64,000 nt of DNA from Myxococcaceae bacterium. GTDB lineage: Bacteria > Myxococcota > Myxococcia > Myxococcales > Myxococcaceae. Shown piece after piece: positions 45,852-55,851 of this stretch (the first letter of the stretch is position 1; every line of letters starts with the position of its first letter). Location: positions 76,244 to 140,243 of the forward strand of contig JAEUJQ010000037.1 in the NCBI GenBank assembly GCA_016793095.1. The letters are read 5' to 3'. Position numbers and translations under genes: made by a program. The notes below the pieces were generated by a model. It was not told where the DNA came from. It ran no database searches and saw nothing but the letters and a program-made list of their open reading frames with translations.

Positions 45852-48800
45852 GTGGGTTCGTTCAAGGACGTCTCGTCGGAAGTCGAGTTCGGCGCACAGG
45901 AGCACGGCGTCATCGAGCTGTGGAAGCGGCAGAACACCTTCCAGCGCTCGGTGGACCAGCGCAAAGACGCGAGGAACTTCATCTTCTACGACGGGCCTCC
46001 GTTCGCGACCGGCCTGCCCCACTACGGACACCTCGTCGCCTCGACGCTGAAGGACATCGTGCCGCGCTACTGGACGATGCGCGGCTTCCGCGTCGAGCGG
46101 CGCTTCGGCTGGGACACGCACGGCCTGCCCATCGAGATGCAGGTCGAGAAGACCCTGAACCTCTCGGGGCCACAGAGCATCCGCGAGTACGGCATCGCGA
46201 AGTTCAACGAGGCCTGCCGCGGCTCGGTGCTCACCTACGTCGAGGAGTGGCGCCGCACCGTCACCCGCGTCGGCCGCTGGGTCGACTTCGACAACGACTA
46301 CAAGACGATGGACCTCTCGTTCATGGAGAGCGTCTGGTGGGTCTTCGCCGAGCTGTGGAAGAAGGGCCTCGTCTACCAGGGCCGCCGGGTGATGCCGTAC
46401 TCGTGGCGCCTCTCGACGCCGCTGTCGAACTTCGAGGCCGGCCTCGACTATCGCGACGTCGATGACCCGGCGCTCACCATCCGCCTCGCGCTCGACGAGC
46501 CCATGGGCGGGAAGAAGACCTCGCTGCTCGTGTGGACGACGACGCCGTGGACGCTCCCGTCCAACCTCGCGGTCGCGGTGTCGAACGACATCGACTACGT
46601 GCTGGTCGATCACGAAGACGGCCAGCGGTACGTGGTGGCGAAGGACCTGCTCGCGGCGACGCTGGGCGAGAAGGCCACGGTCGTCTCGACGCTCAAGGGC
46701 AAGGACCTCGTCGGCAAGACGTACGCGCCGCTCTTCCCCTTCTTCGCCGCGCGGAAGCAGGCGGGCGCGTTCCGCGTCATCCACTCCGAGCACGTCACCA
46801 CCACCGACGGTACGGGCCTGGTGCACATGGCGCCGGCCTTCGGTGAAGACGACTTCGTCGCCTGCCAGAAGGAAGGCATCGAGCTGGTCGACCCCATCGA
46901 CCCCGAGGGCAACTTCACGAAAGACGTGCCGCCCTACGCCGGCAAGAACGTGAAGGACGCGGACAAGCAGATCATCCACGACCTCAAGGCGCAGGGCTCG
47001 GTGCTGAAGCACGCGCAGCTCCGCCACCCGTACCCGTACTGCTACCGGTCGGGCACGCCGCTCATCTACAAGACGACGCCGTCCTGGTACGTGAAGGTCG
47101 AGCCGCTGCGCGAGCGCATGGTGGCGAACAACCGCACGATCCACTGGGTGCCGGACTTCGTCGGTGAGAAGCGCTTCGAGAACTGGCTCAAAGAGGCGCG
47201 CGACTGGTCCATCAGCCGCTCGCGCTTCTGGGGCACGCCAATTCCGCTGTGGACGAGCGACGACGGCGCCGAGCTGCACTGCGTCTCGTCGGTGCAGGAG
47301 CTCGAGCAGCTCACCGGCACGACGGTCACCGACCTCCACCCGCACAAGATCGACCACCTCACCTTCACGCAGAACGGCAAGGTGATGAGGCGCATCGGCG
47401 ACGTGTTCGACTGCTGGTTCGAGTCGGGCTCGATGCCGTACGCGCAGCTGCACTACCCGTTCGAGAACAAGCAGGTCTTCGAGCAGGCCTTCCCCGCGCA
47501 GTTCATCGCCGAGGGGCTCGATCAGACGCGCGGCTGGTTCTACACGCTGCTGGTGCTGTCCACGGCGCTGTTCGACAAGGCGCCCTTCAAGAACGTCATC
47601 GTGAACGGGCTCGTCCTCGCGGAGGACGGCTCGAAGATGTCGAAGAGCAAGCAGAACTACCCCGACCCGAACAAGGTCATCGAGCAGCACGGCGCCGACG
47701 CGCTCAGGGCGTACCTCATCAACTCGCCGCTCGTGCGCGCCGAGCCCCTGCGCTTCTCGGAGAGCGGCGTGAAGGAGGTCGTGCGCACGGTGCTGCTGCC
47801 GCTGCAGAACGCGTGGAGCTTCTTCACCACCTACGCGAACGTCGACGGCTGGAACCCGAAGACCGACCTCGCGAAGGCGCCGGCGCTGCAGCAGCGGCCC
47901 GAGCTCGACCGGTGGATCGTCTCGGTGCTGCAGTCGCTGGTGCGCGAGATCAACACGCAGATGGAGGGCTACTACCTCGACCGCGTGGTGCCGCCGATGC
48001 TCGGCTTCATCGACGACCTGACGAACTGGTACATCCGCCGGTCGCGCCGCCGCTTCTGGAAGAGCGAGGACTCGACCGACAAGGCGGCGGCGTACGCGAC
48101 GCTCTACGAGGTGCTGACGACGTTCTCGAAGGTGGTGGCGCCGGTGCTGCCGTTCTTCGCCGAGCGGCTGTACCAGAACCTCGTCGTCGAGCCGGGCCTC
48201 GCGGCGCCGGGCCAGGACAGCGTGCACCTCTGCGACTACCCGCAGCCCGACGAGAAGAAGATCGACCTGCACGTCGAGCAGGCGATGGCGTCGGTGCGGC
48301 AGACGGTGGTGCTCGGCCGGGCGCTCCGTGAGAAGCACAAGCTCAAGACACGGCAGCCCCTCGCGACGCTCACCGTCGTCTCCACGAACGAGGCGGTCCG
48401 CAAGGCCCTCGTCGCCCACGCGGAGCTGCTCGAAGACGAGCTCAACGTGAAGCAGGTGGTGGCGCTCGCCGACGACGCCGCGCTCGCGACGCTCACCTTC
48501 AAGCCGAACCTGAAGACGCTCGGGAAGCGGCTCGGCAAGAAGCTGAAAGACGCGACGACGGAGATCGCCGCCTTCACCCGCGAGCAGTGGGCGGTGCTCG
48601 AGGCTGGTGGCTCCATCACCGTGCAGGGCGAGGCCATCCTCAAGGACGACGTGTTGGTGACGCGCACGGCGAAGGGTGAGGTGGTGGTGGAGTCTGCTGG
48701 AGACCTCACCGTCGCCCTCGACACCCACGTCACCGAGGTGCTGCGCCGCGAGGGGCTGATGCGCGAGGTGGTGTCGCGCGTGCAGAAGCAGCGCAAGGAC

Positions 48801-48998
48801 CAGGGGCTCGAGGTGTCAGACCGCATCGTGCTGACGCTCGCGACGGCCGACGCCGAGCTGAAGGCCTGCTTCACCGAGCACGAAGCCCGCATCAAGGACG
48901 AGGTCCTCGCGGTGAAGCTCGAGGCGCCCGCGACCGCGGAGGGCGAGGCGATGGACGTCGACGGCCACCAGGTGACGGTCAAGGTGACGAAGGCTTGA
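45852..48998 (+). CDS. ileS: Isoleucine--tRNA ligase, type 2 (eukaryote-like)
   Basis: HIGH (PHYGHL) and KMSKS motifs. 1048 aa with no C-terminal zinc finger. GGAGG RBS before the GTG start. Confidence 0.95.
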   Translation: MGSFKDVSSEVEFGAQEHGVIELWKRQNTFQRSVDQRKDARNFIFYDGPPFATGLPHYGHLVASTLKDIVPRYWTMRGFRVERRFGWDTHGLPIEMQVEKTLNLSGPQSIREYGIAKFNEACRGSVLTYVEEWRRTVTRVGRWVDFDNDYKTMDLSFMESVWWVFAELWKKGLVYQGRRVMPYSWRLSTPLSNFEAGLDYRDVDDPALTIRLALDEPMGGKKTSLLVWTTTPWTLPSNLAVAVSNDIDYVLVDHEDGQRYVVAKDLLAATLGEKATVVSTLKGKDLVGKTYAPLFPFFAARKQAGAFRVIHSEHVTTTDGTGLVHMAPAFGEDDFVACQKEGIELVDPIDPEGNFTKDVPPYAGKNVKDADKQIIHDLKAQGSVLKHAQLRHPYPYCYRSGTPLIYKTTPSWYVKVEPLRERMVANNRTIHWVPDFVGEKRFENWLKEARDWSISRSRFWGTPIPLWTSDDGAELHCVSSVQELEQLTGTTVTDLHPHKIDHLTFTQNGKVMRRIGDVFDCWFESGSMPYAQLHYPFENKQVFEQAFPAQFIAEGLDQTRGWFYTLLVLSTALFDKAPFKNVIVNGLVLAEDGSKMSKSKQNYPDPNKVIEQHGADALRAYLINSPLVRAEPLRFSESGVKEVVRTVLLPLQNAWSFFTTYANVDGWNPKTDLAKAPALQQRPELDRWIVSVLQSLVREINTQMEGYYLDRVVPPMLGFIDDLTNWYIRRSRRRFWKSEDSTDKAAAYATLYEVLTTFSKVVAPVLPFFAERLYQNLVVEPGLAAPGQDSVHLCDYPQPDEKKIDLHVEQAMASVRQTVVLGRALREKHKLKTRQPLATLTVVSTNEAVRKALVAHAELLEDELNVKQVVALADDAALATLTFKPNLKTLGKRLGKKLKDATTEIAAFTREQWAVLEAGGSITVQGEAILKDDVLVTRTAKGEVVVESAGDLTVALDTHVTEVLRREGLMREVVSRVQKQRKDQGLEVSDRIVLTLATADAELKACFTEHEARIKDEVLAVKLEAPATAEGEAMDVDGHQVTVKVTKA

Positions 48999-49108
48999 GC
49001 ATCAGCGCGCGGGAGCCTGAGGAAGCGGGCCACCCGGTGACGGTCGGGGTGAACGGCTGAGCACCACCGCTCGAGGCTGACGCTCACGCCTCGGCACCAC
49101 CTCCGTCG

Positions 49109-49836
49109 CTACCGCGGGTCGCGCGAGAGGCCGCACGCGGTGGCGACGTCGTCGCGGTAGACGAGCCAGGCGGACAGCACCTGCTCCATCGAGGCGATGA
49201 CGGCGGCGTGGTCCGCCTCGGGCACGTGGTCGAGCATCACCCTCCAGGCTGCCATGCGGTGCTCGCCCTCGACGCCGCGTGAGCCTTCGTCAGCGCGAGC
49301 GACGCGACCGGCAGCCCATAGTGCTTCACGAGCGGGTGCTGCTCGAGCGGCGGCTCCGGGCGGGGCGGCGCCGAGGGGTCGAAGAGCGCGCGCTCGTGCG
49401 GCGTGCCCTCGAGGAAGAGCGTCACCACCGCCGCGGCGACGCTCCAACCGCGCGTCTGCGTCGCCTCGTCGAGCAGCCCCCGGTACAGCCTCGCGCCCGG
49501 CAGCAGCGTGACGTGCTCGAAGCGCGACACGTCGAACCCGAGGCCCTTCGGGTACTCGAGGAACAGCTCGGGGTGTGGCCGGCCCGCGTGCAGCCCGCCC
49601 GTCTCCTCCTCGTACATGTTCTCAGCCAGCTCGCGGCGCACCGCGGGGATGGGGCACTGCACGTACGCGCGCGCGACCAGCACCGGGAAGTCACGCACGT
49701 AGACCGCGTACTCCTGCTCGAGGTGTACGTGCAGCCGCGCCTTCGCCACCGTGCCGTTCGTGAACGAGCTCCACGCCCAATGCTGCTTCTTCTCCATCAC
49801 CTGGAGCAGCGCCTCGCGGAACCCGTCGCGCGTCAT
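49109..49836 (-). pseudogene. PqqC-like / TenA (haem-oxygenase-like) family gene with apparent +1/-1 frameshift near 49280
   Basis: N-terminal 200 aa in frame A (stop at 49237). C-terminal about 60 aa (EHRMAAWRVMLDHV...) continues in another frame to 49109. Joined, they reproduce the PqqC H-x5-6-H spacing and a typical length of about 240 aa. Confidence 0.6.
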
Positions 49837-49927
49837 GAGGGGATTGTCGGCGCTCCAGCTCGTCGCCTCAAGCCGTGCGCCGCGCGCAGGCGGAACCGGT
49901 CGCGAGTCGTGCAGACGCTGAACGGCG

Positions 49928-50075
49928 CTCCAGCCCGTCCGCGGAGCGCTTCGCCCGTCACGCTCGGAGTGGCGGCGCTTCAGCCCGTCCACCCGCGGAG
50001 CGCTTCGCCCGTCCCGCACGGAGTGGCAGCGCTCGAGCCCGTCCACCCGCGAAGAGCTTCGCCCGTCACACGACA
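49928..50075. repeat. About 53-bp direct tandem repeat, about 2.7 copies, intergenic
   Basis: cagcccgtcc(acc)cgcggagcgcttcgcccgtc(a/c)cgc(t/a)cggagtggc(g/a)gcgct units read directly. Confidence 0.85.
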
Positions 50076-50158
50076 CCCGCAACGCGGTGGACCTGCGCAA
50101 GGTGGACAAGTGGGTCGCGACCGCGGCGAAGCACCCCTCGTCGCCCCAGCCGGTCGCC

Positions 50159-51139
50159 TCAGGCCGTGGGCCGCGGCCCGCTGGACGAGACCAGCCGCAG
50201 CAACTCGACGTACCCGCTGGCGAGCGTCGCGTCTGCGAGCACACCCCGTTCGCCCAGCAGCCGGTGCAGCGCCTCGAGCCGGTGATGCGGCACGGTCATC
50301 AGCAGGTGATGCTCGAGGTGGAAGTTCACGTGGTGCGGCGCGACGGTGAGCCGCGCGAGCAGGTTCGCCTTCGTCGTGCGCGTGTTGCGGAGCGGGTCGG
50401 CTGAGCGCTCGGTGCAGGCGTGCTCGGCGAGCGAACGGAGGCGCAGGAAGAGGCTGAACGTCGTCAGGTACGCCCCGAGCCAGAGCAGCGAGAGCCAGGG
50501 CGCGCCGATGAGCACCGTCACCCCGACGAGCGCGCCGTTCGCCAGCAGCACCGGCCCCAGCCGACGGACACCGAAGGCCAGGACCTCGCCGAGCGGCCGC
50601 CCGCGCCCGGTCCACCGCGCGCCGACCGACGCCGTGTACGTCAGGTACCCGAGGTCCATCAGCGCGAGGCCGACGACGCGCTTGAGGCCGGTGACGCCGA
50701 AGAGGTCTCGCGCCAGCTTGCGCACGAGCGACGCCTTCGAGACCGGGAACGGTGTGACGAGCCCGAGGTCCGGGTCTTCGTCGAGCCCGGTGAAGGAGTG
50801 GTGTCGAAGGTGGTGCTCCCGATACTCGTCGAGGTGCAGCCACACGGGCGCGGCGCACAGCCACGCTCCGACGCCGTCGTTGAGCCAGCGTGTCTTGAAG
50901 AGCGACCTGTGGGACGCCTCATGCATCAGAATGGCGAGCGCCAGCTGCCGGCCGCCGAGCACGACGAGCGCCACGGCGACCGTCAGCGCGTTGGGCCAGC
51001 GCCAGACGAGCGCGAAGGCGAAGGTGATGAGGCTCCACGTCACCACGACGCTCCACGCGCCGCGCACGTCGCTCGCCTCGGTGAGGTGGGCGATCTCCTC
51101 GCGGGTGAGGACCTCGGTCACGCGACGCATCGCCCTCAC
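50159..51139 (-). CDS. Fatty acid desaturase family membrane protein
   Basis: Three His boxes HEASH, HHLRHH and HLEHH plus TM helices. GTG 51139 overlaps the upstream stop (GTGA); an alternative ATG is at 51130. Confidence 0.85.
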   Translation of the reverse strand: MRAMRRVTEVLTREEIAHLTEASDVRGAWSVVVTWSLITFAFALVWRWPNALTVAVALVVLGGRQLALAILMHEASHRSLFKTRWLNDGVGAWLCAAPVWLHLDEYREHHLRHHSFTGLDEDPDLGLVTPFPVSKASLVRKLARDLFGVTGLKRVVGLALMDLGYLTYTASVGARWTGRGRPLGEVLAFGVRRLGPVLLANGALVGVTVLIGAPWLSLLWLGAYLTTFSLFLRLRSLAEHACTERSADPLRNTRTTKANLLARLTVAPHHVNFHLEHHLLMTVPHHRLEALHRLLGERGVLADATLASGYVELLRLVSSSGPRPTA

Positions 51140-51720
51140 CTGAGCCGACGCGCCCGGTCCGATGCAACCGGGGGCCGGCGCTCCCTTTGCGTCAGCAGGT
51201 CGAGCAGCGCGGTCGTGGTGTTCCAGGTGCGAACGGTGAGGTCCTTGTACACGGCGAGGCCCATCAGCTTCGGCAGCCGGCTCTGCGAGGCCTTCGCGAT
51301 GAGCCGGCGGAAGTACAGCGCGTGCGTGCCGGCGCTCACCTCGTCGACGCCCGCCTTCACGCTCAGCTGCGGCAGCACCTGCTTCGCCGTCACCGGCGCG
51401 CGGGCGAAGAGCACGTCGTAGCGGAAGCGGGCCGGCTGCTTGCCGAAGCCCCGCGGCGCCTCGGCGACCGCCCTGCCGAGCTGCGCCGCCGTCAGCAGCA
51501 CCACCTTCGCCGAGTACGAGAAGCGCTTGGCCAGCATCGCCTCGATGGCCTCGCGCGACGGCGCCTTCGCTGCCGAGAACACCACGTTGCCGCTGGCGAT
51601 GTACGTGCGGACCTCGCCAAAGCCGAGCGCCTCGAAGGCCTCGCGCAGCTTCACCATGGGGATGAGGTTGTTCCCGCCGACGTTGATGCCGCGCAGCAGC
51701 GCCAGGTGTCTCGTGCCCAT
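51136..51720 (-). CDS. DUF1697 domain protein
   Basis: N-terminal LALLRGINVGGNNLIPMVKL signature. Confidence 0.75.
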   Translation of the reverse strand: MGTRHLALLRGINVGGNNLIPMVKLREAFEALGFGEVRTYIASGNVVFSAAKAPSREAIEAMLAKRFSYSAKVVLLTAAQLGRAVAEAPRGFGKQPARFRYDVLFARAPVTAKQVLPQLSVKAGVDEVSAGTHALYFRRLIAKASQSRLPKLMGLAVYKDLTVRTWNTTTALLDLLTQRERRPPVASDRARRLR

Positions 51721-51778
51721 GGGCGAGGACTACCCCACGTCGGGGCGGGAAGGGGGAGCGCGAAGGGAGCTCTCGTGC

Positions 51779-52558
51779 TCAGCCGGTGAACGTCAAGGCT
51801 CCGGTCGAGACGAGCCAGGTGAGCACGGGCAGCTGCGCGTCCATCAGGGCGTGAACGACGAGGAGCCACGGCAGCAGCGTGGGCCGGCGGTACACCACGA
51901 GCCCCACCAGGAGCGCGAACGGCAGGAACATGAGCCCCCGCCACGCGAAGAATCGCCAGTCGGGCTCGAGCGGCATCGCGACGTGCTGGACGGCGAGCAC
52001 CAGGGACGGGACGAGCACCGAGGGCGCGCTCGCCCACCCGGCGCGCCGCAACGCCGGGCCCATCTGGCCGAAGTAGAACGGCAGCTCGGCGAGCGCCTGC
52101 GTCACCGGGAAGGCGACCAGCAACACCGCGAGCACGGGGAGCGGCAGCGGGCGGAAGAGCACCGCATTGCCGGTGTCGGGCGCGTCCCACAACACGCTTG
52201 CGAGGGCGACGTTCGGCAGCCAGCCGACGGGCCCGGCGACCACCGTGAAGGCGACGAACCAGCCGAGGTCGCCCTTCCAGGTCGCCCTGCTGAATCGCCA
52301 CAGGCGTCGGACGCCGCCCTCTTCACGTCGCAGGCGGGACAGCAGCGCGATCGTCCCGACGTTGGCCACCGTCACCGACACCAGCCACCAGCGGCCTGCC
52401 GACGAGAACGGCGCGCCGTCTCCAGTCGCCCAGCACACGAGCGCCACGATGGCCTGCGCCCCGGCGATGGCCAGGGCCCGGGACAGGAGCAGCCAGGCGG
52501 CCGAGCGCTCGCTCATGACGGGCTCACTGGCGACGGAGCCAGCCCGCTCCGTCGCCAT
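51779..52558 (-). CDS. Polytopic membrane protein, possibly CPBP/Abi-type intramembrane protease family
   Basis: Six to seven TM helices. Family assignment is weak. An alternative start lies at 52516. Confidence 0.55.
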   Translation of the reverse strand: MATERAGSVASEPVMSERSAAWLLLSRALAIAGAQAIVALVCWATGDGAPFSSAGRWWLVSVTVANVGTIALLSRLRREEGGVRRLWRFSRATWKGDLGWFVAFTVVAGPVGWLPNVALASVLWDAPDTGNAVLFRPLPLPVLAVLLVAFPVTQALAELPFYFGQMGPALRRAGWASAPSVLVPSLVLAVQHVAMPLEPDWRFFAWRGLMFLPFALLVGLVVYRRPTLLPWLLVVHALMDAQLPVLTWLVSTGALTFTG

Positions 52559-52574
52559 CGTCCCGAGAGCGCCC

Positions 52575-55340
52575 TCAGCGGTTCACGATCGCCGCGTGCG
52601 CCGCCGCGAGCCGGGCGATGGGCACCCGGAACGGTGAGCAGCTCACGTAGGTGAGGCCGAGGCGGTGGCAGAAGTCGATGCTCTTCGGGTCGCCGCCGTG
52701 CTCGCCGCAGATGCCCACCTCGAGCGTCGGGCGCACCTTCCGGCCCTTCTTCACCGCCATCTCCATCAGCCCACCGACCCCGTTCTGGTCGATGGTCGCG
52801 AACGGGTTCTCGGGGAGGATGCGCTTCTCGAGGTACTCGAGCAGGAAGCCCGTCTCGGCGTCGTCGCGGCTGATGCCGAACGTCGTCTGCGTGAGGTCGT
52901 TGGTGCCGAACGAGAAGAACTCGGCGAGCGAGGCGATCTCGTCGGCCACCACCGCGGCGCGGGGAATCTCGATCATCGTGCCGAACTGGTACTTCACCTT
53001 CACGCCCTGCTCGGTCATCACCTTCTTCGCCTCCTCCTCGAGGATGCCGCGCTCGAAGATGAGCTCGGCCTTCAGCGACGTCAGGGGGATCATCACCTTC
53101 GGGTAGACCTTGACGCCGTCTTTCTGGCACGCGCAGGCCGCCTCGAAGATGGCGCGCACCTGCATGCGCACCAGCGCCGGCAGGTGAATGCCCAGGCGCA
53201 CCCCGCGCAGGCCGAGCATGGGGTTCTGCTCCCGCATGCCGTCCACGGCCGCCAGCATGCGCTTCTGCTTCGACAGCCGGCTCTCGAGGCCGAGGGCGTC
53301 GACCGTCACCCCGTCCATCTTCAGGCGCGTCTCGAGCTCGGTCACCTCCTGCAGCAGCGAGTCGTGGCTCGGGAGGAACTCGTGCAGCGGCGGGTCGATG
53401 AGGCGGATGGTGACCGGCTGCCCGTTCATCGCGCGGAACAGGCCGTCGAAGTCACCCCGCTGCATCGGCAACAGGGCCGCGAGCGCCTCGGTCTGCTCGG
53501 CCTCGTTCGCCGCGAGGATCATCTTCTGCACGATGGGCAGGCGCTCGGTCTCGAAGAACATGTGCTCGGTGCGGCACAACCCGATGCCCTCGGCGCCGTA
53601 GCCACGGGCGCGCTCGGCGTCGCGCGGGTAGTCCGCGTTCGTCCACACGCCCAGCTCGCGGATCTCGTCCGCCCACTTGAGGAGCGTCATCAGGAACGGG
53701 TCGTTGAACTCCGGCACCATGGTGGGCACCTCGCCGGCGAACACCTCACCGGTGGTGCCGTCGAGCGAGACGATGTCGCCCTGGTTGAAGGTGCGACCCT
53801 TCACCGTCATGCGCTTGTTCTCGACGTCCACGTCGAGCGTGGTGATGCCGACGACGGCTGGCTTGCCGAACTGCCGGGCCACCAGCGCTGCGTGGCTGGT
53901 GCGGCCCCCGCGCGAGGTGAGGATGCCCTTCGCCGCGAGCATGCCGTGCACGTCGTCGGGCTTCGTCTCGGGGCGCACGAGGATGACCGACTTCTTCTCT
54001 TTCCGGCCCAGCTGCTCGGCGGTGTCGGGGTCGAACACCACCGCGCCCGTCGCCGCGCCGGGTGACACGTTGAGCCCCTTCGCGAGCAGGTCGCCGCGAT
54101 CCACCGCTGCTTTGCGGGCCTTCATGTCGAACTGCGGGTGCAGGAAGAAGTCCACGTGCTCGGGCTTGACGCGCAGCACCGCCTCTTCCTTCGTGATGAG
54201 GCGCTCCTTGGTGAGCTCGACGGCGATGCGCACCGCGGCCTGGGCCGTGCGCTTGGCGTCACGGGTCTGCAGGATCCACAGCTTGCCGTCCTCGACCGTG
54301 AACTCGACGTCCTGGGTGTCGCGGAAGTGCTTCTCGAGGCGCTGGCAGTGCTTCGCGAACTCGGCGGCCACGTCGGGCATGTCGGCGGTCATGTCCGAGA
54401 TGCGCTTCGTCATGCGCGTGCCCGAGACGACGTCTTCGCCCTGCGCGTTGAGCAGGTAGTCGCCCTCGAGCTGCTTCTCGCCGGTGGACACGTTGCGCGT
54501 GGTGACGACGCCGGTGCCCGAGCGGGGCCCGGTGTTGCCGAACACCATCATCTGGATGTTCACGGCGGTGCCGAGGTCGTGCGCGATGCCCGCGGCGTTG
54601 CGGTAGTCGATGGCGCGCTTGCCGTTCCACGACTTGAAGACCGCCTCGATGGCGAGCCGCATCTGCTCGAGCGGGTCCTGCGGGAAGTCCCTGCCCGTCT
54701 TCTCCTTCACGATGCCCTTGAAGACCTCGGTGACGCCCTGAAGCGCCGCCGCGTCGAGCTGCGAGTCGTTCTCGACGTTGGCGGCAGCGCGACGCTTCTT
54801 GAGCTCGTTCTCGAACGGGTGGTGGTCGAGCTCGAGCACGACGGTGCTGAACATCTGAATGAGGCGCCGGTACGAGTCCCAGACGAAGCGGGTGCGCTCG
54901 GGGTTCGCCGCCAGCGCCGCGGCGATGTCGTCGTTGAGCCCGATGTTGAGGACCGTGTCCATCATGCCGGGCATCGAGAACTTCGCGCCCGAGCGGCACG
55001 ACACGAGGAGCGGCGCAGCGAGGTCTCCGAAGCGACGGCCGCTCTGCACCTGGAGCGTCTCGAGCGCCTTCAGCACCTGCGGCCAGAGGTCCTTCGGGAA
55101 GCCCTTCGCGTCGAAGTACGCGTTGCAGGCCTTCGTCGAGACGATGAAGCCCGGCGGGACCGGCAGCCCGAGCCGCGTCATCTCGCACAGGTTGGCGCCC
55201 TTGCCTCCGAGCAGGCCCTTCTGATCAGCCCGCCCCTCCTTGAAGAGGAAGACCCACTTGGTGCTGGCGACCTTCTTCGCCCCCTTCTTCGCCTTCTTGC
55301 CCGACTTCGCACGCACTCGCTTCTCGCTGAGGTTGGCCAT
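52575..55340 (-). CDS. ppdK: Pyruvate, phosphate dikinase
   Basis: GGKGANLCEM, GGRTSHAALVARQFGKPAVVG and GICGEHGGDP motifs. 921 aa with a Lys-rich N-terminal extension. Confidence 0.93.
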   Translation of the reverse strand: MANLSEKRVRAKSGKKAKKGAKKVASTKWVFLFKEGRADQKGLLGGKGANLCEMTRLGLPVPPGFIVSTKACNAYFDAKGFPKDLWPQVLKALETLQVQSGRRFGDLAAPLLVSCRSGAKFSMPGMMDTVLNIGLNDDIAAALAANPERTRFVWDSYRRLIQMFSTVVLELDHHPFENELKKRRAAANVENDSQLDAAALQGVTEVFKGIVKEKTGRDFPQDPLEQMRLAIEAVFKSWNGKRAIDYRNAAGIAHDLGTAVNIQMMVFGNTGPRSGTGVVTTRNVSTGEKQLEGDYLLNAQGEDVVSGTRMTKRISDMTADMPDVAAEFAKHCQRLEKHFRDTQDVEFTVEDGKLWILQTRDAKRTAQAAVRIAVELTKERLITKEEAVLRVKPEHVDFFLHPQFDMKARKAAVDRGDLLAKGLNVSPGAATGAVVFDPDTAEQLGRKEKKSVILVRPETKPDDVHGMLAAKGILTSRGGRTSHAALVARQFGKPAVVGITTLDVDVENKRMTVKGRTFNQGDIVSLDGTTGEVFAGEVPTMVPEFNDPFLMTLLKWADEIRELGVWTNADYPRDAERARGYGAEGIGLCRTEHMFFETERLPIVQKMILAANEAEQTEALAALLPMQRGDFDGLFRAMNGQPVTIRLIDPPLHEFLPSHDSLLQEVTELETRLKMDGVTVDALGLESRLSKQKRMLAAVDGMREQNPMLGLRGVRLGIHLPALVRMQVRAIFEAACACQKDGVKVYPKVMIPLTSLKAELIFERGILEEEAKKVMTEQGVKVKYQFGTMIEIPRAAVVADEIASLAEFFSFGTNDLTQTTFGISRDDAETGFLLEYLEKRILPENPFATIDQNGVGGLMEMAVKKGRKVRPTLEVGICGEHGGDPKSIDFCHRLGLTYVSCSPFRVPIARLAAAHAAIVNR

Positions 55341-55460
55341 GGTGCCCGGGCGCTGTGCATCGTGCGGGCCATGCGCGCTCCCGGCTGACCGCGGACAAGA
55401 CGCGCAACCCTTGCGCGAAGGGGTTGGCGGCGGGGCGGACTTGCGCTCCACTGACGGGCC

Positions 55461-55778
55461 ATGAGCAAGGCTGACAAGGAAGATGACGAGGGGACGATTG
55501 AGAACCGCGTGTACCTCTTCGAGTCGCTCGCGCGCGGCTTCGTCGAGAAGGCGGCGGACGACCTGTCGGGGAAGAACCCCGAACGACGGGCGCGGGCCCT
55601 GAAGGCGCTGGCCGACCTCGCGTACGTGAGCTGTGTGGTGGCCGACACCGGGCAGGCGTCGCCGAAGGCAGTGCGTCGCAGGGTGCTGGCCGCCATCGCG
55701 CTCGAGGCGCCGGTCGCTGAGAGGCCAGAGGACGAGGAGTCCGACGAGGACGGCGACGACCCGCACGCCGAGGACTGA
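55461..55778 (+). CDS. Small acidic hypothetical protein (105 aa)
   Basis: Divergent from ppdK. Coherent sequence with an acidic tail. Confidence 0.45.
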   Translation: MSKADKEDDEGTIENRVYLFESLARGFVEKAADDLSGKNPERRARALKALADLAYVSCVVADTGQASPKAVRRRVLAAIALEAPVAERPEDEESDEDGDDPHAED

Positions 55779-55851
55779 AGGTGCCCGCCTTCGACGCGAG
55801 GCCTCACGCTTCTTCATGGTGTGGCATGGAGCGCTCCGCTACCTCTGGTGC

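Noticed and set aside
45837-48728. 963-aa minus ORF
   Set aside because: Antisense to ileS, which has HIGH/KMSKS motifs.
52665-55388. Plus-strand ORFs 52665..54065 and 54138..55388, and minus ORF 54259..55188
   Set aside because: Opposite to or out of frame with ppdK, which is unambiguous. Arg-rich composition.
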